Source: Thermodesulfobacteriota bacterium
GTDB lineage: Bacteria > Desulfobacterota > Desulfobacteria > Desulfobacterales > SURF-7
Assembly (NCBI GenBank): GCA_049320885.1
Contig: JBMORA010000033.1
Location: forward strand, 23,626-87,625
Direction of reading: 5' to 3'
DNA length: 64,000 nt
Below, piece by piece: positions 37,837 to 47,003 of this stretch (its first letter is position 1; each line of letters starts with the position of its first letter). A program made the position numbers and the translations under genes. The notes under the pieces were generated by a model that saw only the letters and a list, made by a program, of their open reading frames with translations, did not search any database and had not been told where the DNA came from.

Positions 37837-38253
37837 ATGAAAGTTCTATTCGTCGACGATGAGTCCGTTTTTCTGGATGTCATTCTCCGTCGCATGAAAA
37901 AACGCAATATTGACGCCCATGGCGCAACCGACGGTGATCGGGCCATCGAACTGATGGAAAAAAACAATTTCGATGTCGCGGTTCTCGATGTCAAAATGCC
38001 CGGGAGCAGAAGCGGCATTGAATTGCTGAAGGAGATTAAAGTTCGTTGGCCTCTCATCGAAGTGATCATGCTCACCGGCCACGCCATGCTCGAGGCAGCC
38101 AGAGACGGCATGGAAAACGGGGCGTTCGACTATATCGTCAAGCCGGCGGACACCGACGAACTGTTCTATAAAATCAATGACGCTTATCAGAAGAAGTCCC
38201 TGCAGGAAATGAAAATCAGGCATATCGATAGTATCATGAAGGACAAGAAATAA
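37837..38253 (+). CDS. Single-domain response regulator RR4
   Basis: VLFVDDE...VAVLDVKMPGSRSG...VIMLTGHA...FDYIVKP. Confidence 0.85.
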   Translation: MKVLFVDDESVFLDVILRRMKKRNIDAHGATDGDRAIELMEKNNFDVAVLDVKMPGSRSGIELLKEIKVRWPLIEVIMLTGHAMLEAARDGMENGAFDYIVKPADTDELFYKINDAYQKKSLQEMKIRHIDSIMKDKK

Positions 38254-38285
38254 AAAACAAGCAATTTATCAAGGAGGTTTGCAAC

Positions 38286-39566
38286 ATGAATTGGTTAACG
38301 ACAACAGGCCGATTTCTCATGGCCGGCGCGAAAGCCCACGCGGACTGGGAAATCAGTACGGCCAACACCATTCTGACATCCAGAAAGCGCCTGGCGGTAC
38401 TGGGCCTGATGCTGCTCCCGATCCTGATCGGCGGGATCGTGTTCGCCGAGGATATCGCCACCGAACTCCCCAAATACCTGGGAGGAAAAACCGCTTACAG
38501 TCCATCCTTTTTCACCATGGGGGTTTTTGTTTCCTCCATTTTCATCGGGCTTTGCGCCGGTTTGATCACCGGCTGCATCGGCGCGGGCGGCGGGTTCATC
38601 ATTGCCCCGGCGTTGATGAGCGCGGGCATCAAGGGTATCCTGGCGGTGGGCACCGATCTCTTCCATATTTTCGCAAAAGCCATCATGGGCAGCGTGCTGC
38701 ATAAGAAGCTCGGCAACATCTCCGTGGCCCTGGCCCTCATTTTTCTGATCGGCTCGGTTTTCGGCGCCACCCTCGGCGGTTATATCAACCGCGTCCTGTA
38801 CGAACTGAATCCGATCATCAGCGACGCCTTCATCACCACCATCTATGTGCTGATGCTGGGCGCCCTGGGAGCCTATTCCCTCCTGGATTATTTCAAGGCC
38901 AGAAAAGCCGGCGGCGGCGGCGATGCCCACGGCGGGAATGCCGAAGGCACCGAAATGGGCAATCTGCCGAAAAAACTCCAGGCCATCAATCTGCCCCCCA
39001 TGGTATCCTTTGACCAGGGCATCATCCCCGGCGGGCGCCATATCTCCTCGTGGTTCCTGATCTTGAGCGGATTTGCGGTGGGTCTTTGCGCCGCCATCAT
39101 GGGTGTGGGCGGCGGCTTCCTGACCTTCCCGATTTTTGTATATGTTCTGGGTGTTTCCTCCATGACCACTGTGGGAACGGACATTTTCCAGATCATTTTC
39201 ACCGCCGGGTATGCCGCCATTGGACAATACGCGATCTACGGTTTTATTTTTTACACCCTGGCCATGGGCATGCTGCTGGGTTCCCTGCTGGGCATTCAAA
39301 TCGGCGCCATGGCCACCAAGGTCGTAAAAGGCATCACCATCCGCGGCTTTTACGCCATGGCGGTTCTGGCGGGATTCATCAACCGCTTTTTCGCCCTGCC
39401 GTCCAAATTGTCCTCCGTGGGCGCCTTTCCACTGTCGAAAGAACTCGCCGGCACCCTGGATACCATCGGTATCTGGCTTTTCTTCGTGTTTATTTCCATT
39501 TTCGCCGTCTGGGTGATCGGTACATTTGTGATGAACATTAAAAAATTAAAAGGTGAGGAGGCGTAA
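38286..39566 (+). CDS. TSUP/TauE-SafE-family (DUF81) permease, elongated two-half form
   Basis: The two halves carry the family motifs GAGGGFIIAPALM and GVGGGFLTFPIFV. They are separated by a Gly-rich hydrophilic loop (KARKAGGGGDAHGGNAEG...). At 426 aa it is longer than the roughly 250 aa I recall as typical. Confidence 0.75.
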   Translation: MNWLTTTGRFLMAGAKAHADWEISTANTILTSRKRLAVLGLMLLPILIGGIVFAEDIATELPKYLGGKTAYSPSFFTMGVFVSSIFIGLCAGLITGCIGAGGGFIIAPALMSAGIKGILAVGTDLFHIFAKAIMGSVLHKKLGNISVALALIFLIGSVFGATLGGYINRVLYELNPIISDAFITTIYVLMLGALGAYSLLDYFKARKAGGGGDAHGGNAEGTEMGNLPKKLQAINLPPMVSFDQGIIPGGRHISSWFLILSGFAVGLCAAIMGVGGGFLTFPIFVYVLGVSSMTTVGTDIFQIIFTAGYAAIGQYAIYGFIFYTLAMGMLLGSLLGIQIGAMATKVVKGITIRGFYAMAVLAGFINRFFALPSKLSSVGAFPLSKELAGTLDTIGIWLFFVFISIFAVWVIGTFVMNIKKLKGEEA

Positions 39567-39571
39567 GCGTT

Positions 39572-40264
39572 ATGATAACCGACAAGAAAGAATTCTATGG
39601 CGGCGCCGCCATGATGGCCGGTTTTTTGGCCGTACTGTTCATTATGTTTCTGCCCCTGTTCGAGGGCCAAAAAAACAGCTTGAATTATCTGGACGACTTG
39701 TTTAATTCCATATCCAAAAACTCGGCTTACTATATTCCGACAATCAAAACGAATGTGGCCAAATCGGAAACCGGAAAAAATCTGACCCTCGATCTTTCAT
39801 TGGATTCGGACACCCTGGCCAAGGAAGGCGCCCTGCTGCTCCAGAAAAGCGGCGCTTCGGTCGCTGTGGATGGCAAATCCATACATGCCGTCGGAGATCT
39901 GGGTCTGATGCTGGGTAATTGCCTGGATGACGCGGACACCCTGTTTAACAACAATGGACAGGCCCTTCAGGACAAATACGGAATCGAAGGGAAAAAAACC
40001 CTCTTCGTCTGGCACAGCATTTTGAAGTCTTTACAAAAGGCCTTGGACAAACAGGAAAAATTCGATGAAAGCAAGGTCGTTTACACGGTCATGACCAAGG
40101 CCGTGGAATGCGCCTACAATTATTATCGGGTGGTGCCCCAGAAAATGTCCGAACGCCTGGGAATGGTCGTTTTTTCGCTTGTCTTTTATGTCATTTACAC
40201 CATGTGGTACGGCTATGCGATTTTATATTTGTTTGAAGGCTGGGGACTTCAGATCAGTCACTAA
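39572..40264 (+). CDS. Membrane-anchored protein of unknown function (TM at each end)
   Basis: N-terminal hydrophobic segment AAMMAGFLAVLFIMFLPLF and C-terminal LGMVVFSLVFYVIYTMWYGYAILYLF, with a roughly 150-aa hydrophilic middle. 5-nt gap from the permease gene. Confidence 0.6.
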   Translation: MITDKKEFYGGAAMMAGFLAVLFIMFLPLFEGQKNSLNYLDDLFNSISKNSAYYIPTIKTNVAKSETGKNLTLDLSLDSDTLAKEGALLLQKSGASVAVDGKSIHAVGDLGLMLGNCLDDADTLFNNNGQALQDKYGIEGKKTLFVWHSILKSLQKALDKQEKFDESKVVYTVMTKAVECAYNYYRVVPQKMSERLGMVVFSLVFYVIYTMWYGYAILYLFEGWGLQISH

Positions 40265-40273
40265 TCCGGCGAT

Positions 40274-42895
40274 TTGTATCCCATGAAGTGGATAACGGAT
40301 TTTTTCAAGCGCCGTTTCGGAGCGAGGAAGCAGGAAGACGATCCGGGCACCGAAGAACTGCGCATCGCGTTCAAGGAGCGCTATAATCATTTTAAATTGT
40401 TGCTGAGCGCCAACAACAAAGCGCTCGAAATCATGACCGGCATCGAGCAGGTGCTGCAGGGAAAACAGCCTTTCGGCATGGCGTTTGTCAGAAGCAATTG
40501 CATCGCCATCACGGTGAACCTGCTGCGCCTGCTCAAAAGCCTGGAGCATATCAGCGCGGGAAAATACAATGCATTGTATGCGCGTTTTGACGAGATCTGC
40601 CACACCATCCAAACCATCATCGAACAGAAACGGGAGGAAACGGACGAGCGCTTCATCATTCCGCTGAACACCATCACCCGCACCATGTCCGATCTCGTGG
40701 GCAACAAGATGGCGAATCTAGGCGAAATCCAAAACCGCATCCACCTGAAAGTGCCGGATGGATTCGCCATTACCGCCCACGCCTACCGGCGGTTCATCGA
40801 ATTCAACGACCTCCAGACGGAAATCGACCGGCGCTACATCGCCACCGATATCACCGACATGGAAGCGCTTTACAGCCTGAGCGCCGGAATCCGAGAACTT
40901 ATCCTTTCATCCTCCCTGCCCGGGGAACTCGAGGCGGCGATTCGCCAAGCCACCACCATCCTGGAAAAGGGGATGGATCGAAAAATCACCCTGGCCCTCC
41001 GCAGCAGCGCCATGGGCGAAGACTCGGCGGAGAATTCCTTTGCCGGTCAGTATCATTCGGAACTGAACGTCCTCCCGGAAAACGTGTTGACGACCTACAA
41101 GGAAATCATCGCCAGCAAATACAGCCTGACCGCCGTCACCTATCGGCTCAACAAAGGAATCCGGGATGAAGACATCGCCATGAGCGTCGGCTGCATCGCC
41201 ATGGTGGACGCCCGCTCCGGCGGGGTCATGTATTCGCGCAATCCCATCGACATCGCCGACACTTCCGTCTTCATCAACGCCGCCTGGGGCCTGCCCAAGG
41301 CAGTGGTGGACGGCAGTATCGACGGGGATTTGTTTGTCGTCAACCGAATGAATCCATTGCAGATCGTGCATAAGGACATCCGGCGGAAAGACGCCCGGTT
41401 CCTGTGTTTTGCCGAAAACAGCGCCTGCCGTTTTGAGATCACCGGGCAATCCGGCGAGCAGCCCTCCATTCGTGATGACGAGGCCCTGACCTTGGCGAAA
41501 CTCGCCTTGAGCATGGAACAGTATTACGGTTCGGCCCAGGACATCGAGTGGGCCATTGATCAGAAGGGGACGGTCTTCATCCTTCAAACCCGCCCGCTGC
41601 AGCAGATGGACCGTGTCCCGCCGAATTACCCGGATGAAGTAAAATGGAAATCGGAAGAAAACGTGCTTGCCGGCGGTGGAATCGCCGTCTGCCCCGGGGT
41701 CGCCAGCGGGGAAGTGTTCATCGTGAATCATCCGGGCGACATGGTTCATTTCCCCCGGGGCGGCATCCTGGTCGCCCGCCAGGCGCTGCCCGTCTGGGCA
41801 TCCCTGCTGAGCCGGGCAGCGGCCGTTATCACCGAGCAAGGCACTTTTGCCGGACATCTCGCCAATGTGGCCCGTGAATTCAAAGTCCCCGCCCTCTTCG
41901 GGTTGAAGGACATCACCACCCTTCTGAAAAACGGCGATCTTGTCACCCTGGACACGTCTTGCCTGTGCCTTTATAAAGGCAAGATCGATCTGCCTGCCGT
42001 GGAAACGGAAACCGTCCGCGGCTCCATCGAGGGCAGCCCTGTATATAAAATCCTGCTGGAAGCCAGTAAGCACATAATCCCCTTGACCCTGCTGGATCCC
42101 TATGCCCCGGAATTCAAGCCTGAAAACTGCCTCACTTTTCACGATATCACGCGCTTTTCCCATGAAAAGGCCGTCCAGGAGATGTTCGATTTCGGGAAGT
42201 CCCATAATTTCTCCGAAAGATCCAGCAAACAGTTGTATTACAAAGTCCCCATGCAGTGGTGGGTCTTGAATCTGGACGATGGTTTCACGGAAGAAGTCAA
42301 AGGCAAATACATCCGGCTCGACAACATCGCCTGCATCCCCATGCTGGCCTTATGGGAGGGAATCGTCGCCGTTCCCTGGAGCGGACCGCCGCCCATCGAC
42401 GGCAAGGGGCTTGTCTCCGTCATGTTCCAATCCACGGCCAACCGGGCCCTGGAACCGGGCCTTCGTTCGGCCTACACCGAACGCAATTACTTCATGATTT
42501 CCAAACATTTCTGCAGCTTCACCTCCCGCCTGGGATATCATTTTTCCACCGTGGAGGCCCTGGTCAGCGAAAGGACCTCTGAAAATTATATCAATTTCCG
42601 GTTCAAGGGCGGCGCCGCGGACAGCCAGCGGCGCATCCGGCGGGTCCAATTCATCGGCGATATCCTGACGGATAACTCCTTCCGGGTCGAAACCAAGGAG
42701 GACAACCTGGTGGCCCGCATTGAAGGCTACGAAATCGGTTTCATGCTGGAGCGGGTTAAAATCCTCGGATACCTGACCATGCATACCCGCCAACTGGATA
42801 TGATCATGTCGAACAGTGTGGCCATCCAACACTATCGAACCCAGATCGATCACGATATTAAAACCCACCTGCTGAGTAAGCCGCCACTTGTCTAG
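40274..42895 (+). CDS. PEP synthase/PPDK-like phosphotransferase (ATP-grasp PPDK_N domain plus mobile His domain) with unassigned N- and C-terminal regions
   Basis: LVGNKMANLGEIQNRIHLKVPDGFAITAHAYRRF (nucleotide-binding domain). GGILVARQALPVWASLLSRAAAVITEQGTFAGHLANVAREFKVPALFG (swivel domain with a His). The last roughly 300 aa are not recognisable to me as a PEP/pyruvate TIM barrel. Confidence 0.75.
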   Translation: MYPMKWITDFFKRRFGARKQEDDPGTEELRIAFKERYNHFKLLLSANNKALEIMTGIEQVLQGKQPFGMAFVRSNCIAITVNLLRLLKSLEHISAGKYNALYARFDEICHTIQTIIEQKREETDERFIIPLNTITRTMSDLVGNKMANLGEIQNRIHLKVPDGFAITAHAYRRFIEFNDLQTEIDRRYIATDITDMEALYSLSAGIRELILSSSLPGELEAAIRQATTILEKGMDRKITLALRSSAMGEDSAENSFAGQYHSELNVLPENVLTTYKEIIASKYSLTAVTYRLNKGIRDEDIAMSVGCIAMVDARSGGVMYSRNPIDIADTSVFINAAWGLPKAVVDGSIDGDLFVVNRMNPLQIVHKDIRRKDARFLCFAENSACRFEITGQSGEQPSIRDDEALTLAKLALSMEQYYGSAQDIEWAIDQKGTVFILQTRPLQQMDRVPPNYPDEVKWKSEENVLAGGGIAVCPGVASGEVFIVNHPGDMVHFPRGGILVARQALPVWASLLSRAAAVITEQGTFAGHLANVAREFKVPALFGLKDITTLLKNGDLVTLDTSCLCLYKGKIDLPAVETETVRGSIEGSPVYKILLEASKHIIPLTLLDPYAPEFKPENCLTFHDITRFSHEKAVQEMFDFGKSHNFSERSSKQLYYKVPMQWWVLNLDDGFTEEVKGKYIRLDNIACIPMLALWEGIVAVPWSGPPPIDGKGLVSVMFQSTANRALEPGLRSAYTERNYFMISKHFCSFTSRLGYHFSTVEALVSERTSENYINFRFKGGAADSQRRIRRVQFIGDILTDNSFRVETKEDNLVARIEGYEIGFMLERVKILGYLTMHTRQLDMIMSNSVAIQHYRTQIDHDIKTHLLSKPPLV

Positions 42896-42934
42896 CGGGC
42901 GGATTTCAGGTACGGGCAAGCCCGAAAAGAAATA

Positions 42935-42949
42935 TGGCACGAGGGTTGC
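42935..42949 (+). promoter_or_regulatory. Sigma-54 (-24/-12) promoter P2
   Basis: TGGCACGAGGGTTGC, a perfect match to TGGCACG-N4-TTGC, 107 nt upstream of the ATG at 43057. Confidence 0.65.
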
Positions 42950-43056
42950 TTTTCGTTATTCCGTCACTGCAGTGGAACTGACCGCCCATAAGCCGGAGAA
43001 CCCATCGATTCCCCCGGCCATGGCGGTCCAAGAAAGGAGCCAACCGCATAATAACG

Positions 43057-44529
43057 ATGAATGAACCTATCGCCATCTGCGATTCGGAGACCAATCCCAT
43101 CCCGTATCGGCAGATCCTTTCCATGATCAGCCAGGGCATCGCCGTTCTCTCGGAAGGGATTGTCGTTTACGCCAACGCCGCCTTATGCGACATCGCCGGA
43201 AAGAACCGGGGTGAGATGATCGGCCATATGTTTTTGGACCTCGTCGCCGACATGGACCGTTCCAGAATCGCATTGTATTTGCAGAACCTGCATGAAACGA
43301 CGGGCGAGGATATCATTTTCCGCGTTCATCGGAGCAAGACCGCCGGCAGGGATGTGATGATGAAAGCCCTGCCCGTCCATCTCCAGGGCGTCTATTGCCA
43401 TAACCGGGGCATCTGCTGCTGTGTAACGGATATCACCCTGCACCTGGATCATTTCCAGGCGCTGCAGCGGGAGAACCGCCGCATGAGAAGTCTTCTGGAC
43501 GATACGGAAAGCGTTCTCCTGTCGCTCGCCCCGCATGATTGCGAGGATATCCTGTCGGTCAATCGGCATGTGGAGGCCATGATCGGCTGTTCGGTAAAGG
43601 ATCTGAAAAACGGTCGGAGGCACTGGTTCGATTTTGTTCATCCGGATTTTTTGAACCAGGTGACGGCGTTTTACAAAAAGTTTCCGGACACCTTCGAAAA
43701 CGAAACCCTGGAATACGTCGTTATCGGCAACGACAAGAGCCCCAGATGGGTCCGGGATACCGGGAATGTACTGTTTGTGGAACGGGGACACGGCATGCCC
43801 CGCCGCGTCGACCATACCATCGTGGATATCACCGAACAGAAACAACGTGAAGTTGAGTTGGAGGCGGAAAGGACCAAACTGGCGAGCATTATCCGTAACA
43901 GCACGGACATGATCTACCGCGTGGATTATGAAGGTAATTTCCTGGATCTCAATCCCGCCGGAATTCAATTGCTCGGTCTGGAGGAAGGCTTCCGCACCAG
44001 AAAAATATTGGATTTTTATGTCGATCCGAAACAGCGCGACCGGCTGCTGAAAAACTGTGAAACAACCGCAGGCTGTGCCCAGCAGGTGGCCAAATGGCGA
44101 CTCGGTGACGGGAAACAGATTGACGTGGTCATCAACGTCGTGGCGGAAAAGGATATGACGGGCCGGATAGTCTCCTTTCACGGAATCGTCCACAATGTCA
44201 CCCAGACCCTGGAGATGCAAAAACTGGAATCCGTCAAGAAAATGGCCGGCGGTCTGAGCGATCACATCAACACGCCGTTGATGATCATTTCCGTCAACAT
44301 ATCCCAGATGAGAGAGATTCTGGATGCCGCAACCATTGACAAGGAAGAGCTCATCACCTGCCTGGACGAAATGAAGATCGCCTTCTCGAAAATCGTCGAA
44401 CCCCTGAAAGCCGTCCGCGATACCTACTGGAAAATAGAAGAAGTGCCGGACGGCGTCGGCGGAACCATATACGAGATCCATGACGGCAGGGAAGCAAAAC
44501 GAAAGGGCCTCCCCGGATATGCCGAATAG
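43057..44529 (+). CDS. Triple-PAS protein with C-terminal DHp-like helix and no ATPase domain
   Basis: Three PAS-like segments (about aa 20-120, 140-260 and 280-400). The C-terminal MAGGLSDHINTPL aligns with the kinase H-boxes AAG(I/F)AHEINNP(V/L). No N or G boxes follow. Confidence 0.75.
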   Translation: MNEPIAICDSETNPIPYRQILSMISQGIAVLSEGIVVYANAALCDIAGKNRGEMIGHMFLDLVADMDRSRIALYLQNLHETTGEDIIFRVHRSKTAGRDVMMKALPVHLQGVYCHNRGICCCVTDITLHLDHFQALQRENRRMRSLLDDTESVLLSLAPHDCEDILSVNRHVEAMIGCSVKDLKNGRRHWFDFVHPDFLNQVTAFYKKFPDTFENETLEYVVIGNDKSPRWVRDTGNVLFVERGHGMPRRVDHTIVDITEQKQREVELEAERTKLASIIRNSTDMIYRVDYEGNFLDLNPAGIQLLGLEEGFRTRKILDFYVDPKQRDRLLKNCETTAGCAQQVAKWRLGDGKQIDVVINVVAEKDMTGRIVSFHGIVHNVTQTLEMQKLESVKKMAGGLSDHINTPLMIISVNISQMREILDAATIDKEELITCLDEMKIAFSKIVEPLKAVRDTYWKIEEVPDGVGGTIYEIHDGREAKRKGLPGYAE

Positions 44530-44575
44530 TCTATCCGAGCCAACCGTCTCACCCCTCATCGGCAGGAGCGGAAAC

Positions 44576-46327
44576 ATGACCCATCCATCGGTAATCAATC
44601 CCGGAATCATTCGCCCCGAAGATCCATATGGACCATTACGACGCATATTGCTGGTCAGTATGATCGTCATTCCCTTCATGCCGTTTCTGCTGGTTCTGGC
44701 CAGTGGCGGGTATTTTTTCTATTCCTCCATCGAAAACAAAACCATTGAAAGCATGAAGCGGATTGTGGAAGACCATCGCCAGGTGATCGAATTTTTCCTG
44801 GAAGAACGCAAAACCGACCTGGCATGGGTGCTGAACACTTATCCGGTTGAAAAACTTCGCCAATCGGACCAGCTTCATGGTGTCATCATGGATCTGCAAC
44901 GGAAATCCCCGGCTTTCGCCGATATCGGTCTTTTTGACGAAAACGGAGTCCACCTGGCCTACTGGGGCCCCTACGAGCTCAGCGGCAAAGTCTACAGCGA
45001 CGCCCCCTGGTTCAAAAAAGTGATGAAGAGCGGCTGGTATATCAGCGATGTCTTCCTTGGATTTCGCAAGGAGCCGCATTTCATCATCGCCGTGCGGAAG
45101 AAGGATGGAGACCATCAATGGGTGTTGCGATCCACCATCGACAGCCGCCTTTTCACGGATTTCGTGGAAAGGGTCCGCATCGGTAAAACCGGCGAGGCCT
45201 ATATCCTCAACAAGGAAGGTTTTTTTCAAACCGAGCGCCGATCCGGCGGCAGCCTCATGACCCGGGATCCGGAACATGAAATCCATCCCGCTTATCATTC
45301 CGGAATCGAAACGTTCATCCAGAAAGACCATAGCGGGGATGAATATCTGTACGCCACCGCCTGGCTGAAATCCAACGATTGGCTGCTGGTGGTCCGCAAG
45401 GAGAAGTCGGATGCCTTTCAATCCCTGCGCATGGCTTCCTTCTTCAGCCTGCTGATTTCCACTGTCAGCGGCATGCTGATTATTCCCCTCGGGTTCTATG
45501 TGACCGGACGGATCATCCGGCGGATGGAAAAGATGGAGACCGACAAGGGATTTCTGGAACAACAATTGATCGGTGCCAGCCGCCTCGCGGAGCTGGGGGA
45601 AATGGCGGCAGGCTTCGCCCATGAAATCAATAACCCCCTCCAGATCATGAAGAGCGAAAAGGCCCTGATCGATATGGTGTTGGACGAAATGCGAAAAACC
45701 GGCGAGCTCAAGGAATCCGATGACCTGGCCACCGTTCTGGATTGCATGAACCAGATCCAGCTGCAAATCAACCGGTGCGCCAAAATCACCCAGGCGATCC
45801 TGAAATTCGGCCGCCAGGGAGAACCCGCCCCCCAGACCATTGCATTGCAGGAATTCGTTCCCGAAGTCACCGCCATGATCGAAAAGCAGGCCGCTGTTGC
45901 CGGAATTCACATCTCCCAGGATATCCATGAAAACACACCGAGGATTTATGCCGACCCGGCCCAGCTCCAGCAGGTGCTCTTGAATTTATACAACAACGCC
46001 ATGGATGCCATTACCGAAAAAAATCCGACGGAAGGCGGCAGCCTGGAGATCCACGCCAAACGGAGCCAGGAGGGCAGAGCGGAAATCACGGTCACCGATT
46101 CGGGAGCCGGTATCCGACCGGAAAACCTTGAAAAAATCTTTTCGCCGTTTTTTACCACCAAGCCCGTGGGCAAAGGAACCGGTCTGGGACTGTCCGTATG
46201 CTATGGAATCATCCAGAGCATGGGAGGGAACCTGGCGGCCTCCAGCAGGGAAGGCGTCGGAACTACATTCACCATTACACTACCGCCTCAAAAAGGACAA
46301 GTTCGCCCCGGAGTAAAAAAAATCTGA
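44576..46327 (+). CDS. Sensor histidine kinase with Cache-like domain (HK2, paralog of HK1)
   Basis: [19 protein letters not shown]...[19 protein letters not shown]...[13 protein letters not shown] parallels HK1. H-box [12 protein letters not shown]; DSGAGIR; GTGLGLSV. An alternative start at ATG 44519 would overlap the PAS gene stop by 11 nt. Confidence 0.85.
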   Translation: MTHPSVINPGIIRPEDPYGPLRRILLVSMIVIPFMPFLLVLASGGYFFYSSIENKTIESMKRIVEDHRQVIEFFLEERKTDLAWVLNTYPVEKLRQSDQLHGVIMDLQRKSPAFADIGLFDENGVHLAYWGPYELSGKVYSDAPWFKKVMKSGWYISDVFLGFRKEPHFIIAVRKKDGDHQWVLRSTIDSRLFTDFVERVRIGKTGEAYILNKEGFFQTERRSGGSLMTRDPEHEIHPAYHSGIETFIQKDHSGDEYLYATAWLKSNDWLLVVRKEKSDAFQSLRMASFFSLLISTVSGMLIIPLGFYVTGRIIRRMEKMETDKGFLEQQLIGASRLAELGEMAAGFAHEINNPLQIMKSEKALIDMVLDEMRKTGELKESDDLATVLDCMNQIQLQINRCAKITQAILKFGRQGEPAPQTIALQEFVPEVTAMIEKQAAVAGIHISQDIHENTPRIYADPAQLQQVLLNLYNNAMDAITEKNPTEGGSLEIHAKRSQEGRAEITVTDSGAGIRPENLEKIFSPFFTTKPVGKGTGLGLSVCYGIIQSMGGNLAASSREGVGTTFTITLPPQKGQVRPGVKKI

Positions 46328-46355
46328 CCGGTCTCACACCAGTTTTTTTTCACTC

Positions 46356-46372
46356 TGTAAATAATCCTGACA
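46356..46372. promoter_or_regulatory. Candidate enhancer site TGTAAATAATCCTGACA
   Basis: Same TGTAAA-N8-ACA pattern as the two sites at 33925-33973. It lies about 96 bp upstream of P3. Confidence 0.35.
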
Positions 46373-46467
46373 GCGGGGGTATCCCGGACAGACCCGCGTT
46401 GGCTATGCCCGTGGATAATTCACATATTTTTATACAGATCCACTCCTGCCGGACCATTCACTCCGGT

Positions 46468-46482
46468 TGGCACAAAGGTTGC
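46468..46482 (+). promoter_or_regulatory. Sigma-54 (-24/-12) promoter P3
   Basis: TGGCACAAAGGTTGC with correct GG/GC spacing, 113 nt upstream of the ATG at 46596. Confidence 0.65.
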
Positions 46483-46595
46483 TGTTTTTGAATGGCAGTG
46501 TGGAAACCACACCGGCAGACCCGTCATCGTCCTTCCGGGAACGATGACGCTGGAAACACACAGGGTCAAGACAAGAGAATGAAAGAACCAATCCA

Positions 46596-47003
46596 ATGAA
46601 CTTGATGCTTGTCGATGATGAGGAGCGCTTTCTGGAGACCACCCGGAAATTGCTCGAAAAAAAAGGCTACCGGGTCGTCACGGCCACTAACGGCGCCGAG
46701 GCCATGCAACTGCTCAACAGCCAAACGGTTCACGTGGTCATCCTGGATGTCAAAATGCCCGGGAAGGACGGCAATACCGTCTTAAAAGAAATCAAAAGCC
46801 AGTTTCCCCTGGTGGAAGTCATCATGCTGACCGGTCATGCCACCATGGAATCCGCCATTGACGGTCTGAAATTCGGCGCCACCGACTACCTGACCAAACC
46901 CGCGGATATGGAGTTGCTGATTCAAAAAGCCGAGGATGCCTATGAAAAAAGGCTCCGTCATGAAGAAAGAATTCAAAAGGAGGTTCCGCATGCAATTCTT
47001 TAA
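46596..47003 (+). CDS. Single-domain response regulator RR5
   Basis: LMLVDDE...VVILDVKMPGKDG...VIMLTGHA...TDYLTKP. Closely resembles RR1-RR4. Confidence 0.85.
   Translation: MNLMLVDDEERFLETTRKLLEKKGYRVVTATNGAEAMQLLNSQTVHVVILDVKMPGKDGNTVLKEIKSQFPLVEVIMLTGHATMESAIDGLKFGATDYLTKPADMELLIQKAEDAYEKRLRHEERIQKEVPHAIL

Noticed and set aside
42700-42934. Search for a TGTAAA-N8-ACA enhancer site upstream of sigma-54 promoter P2.
   Set aside because: No match on either strand within about 230 bp. P2 may use a distant site or a different activator.
46313-46350. A8...T8-flanked weak hairpin after HK2 as a possible terminator.
   Set aside because: The stem is mostly A:T with only about 3 G:C pairs and a bulge, which is not convincing as an intrinsic terminator.
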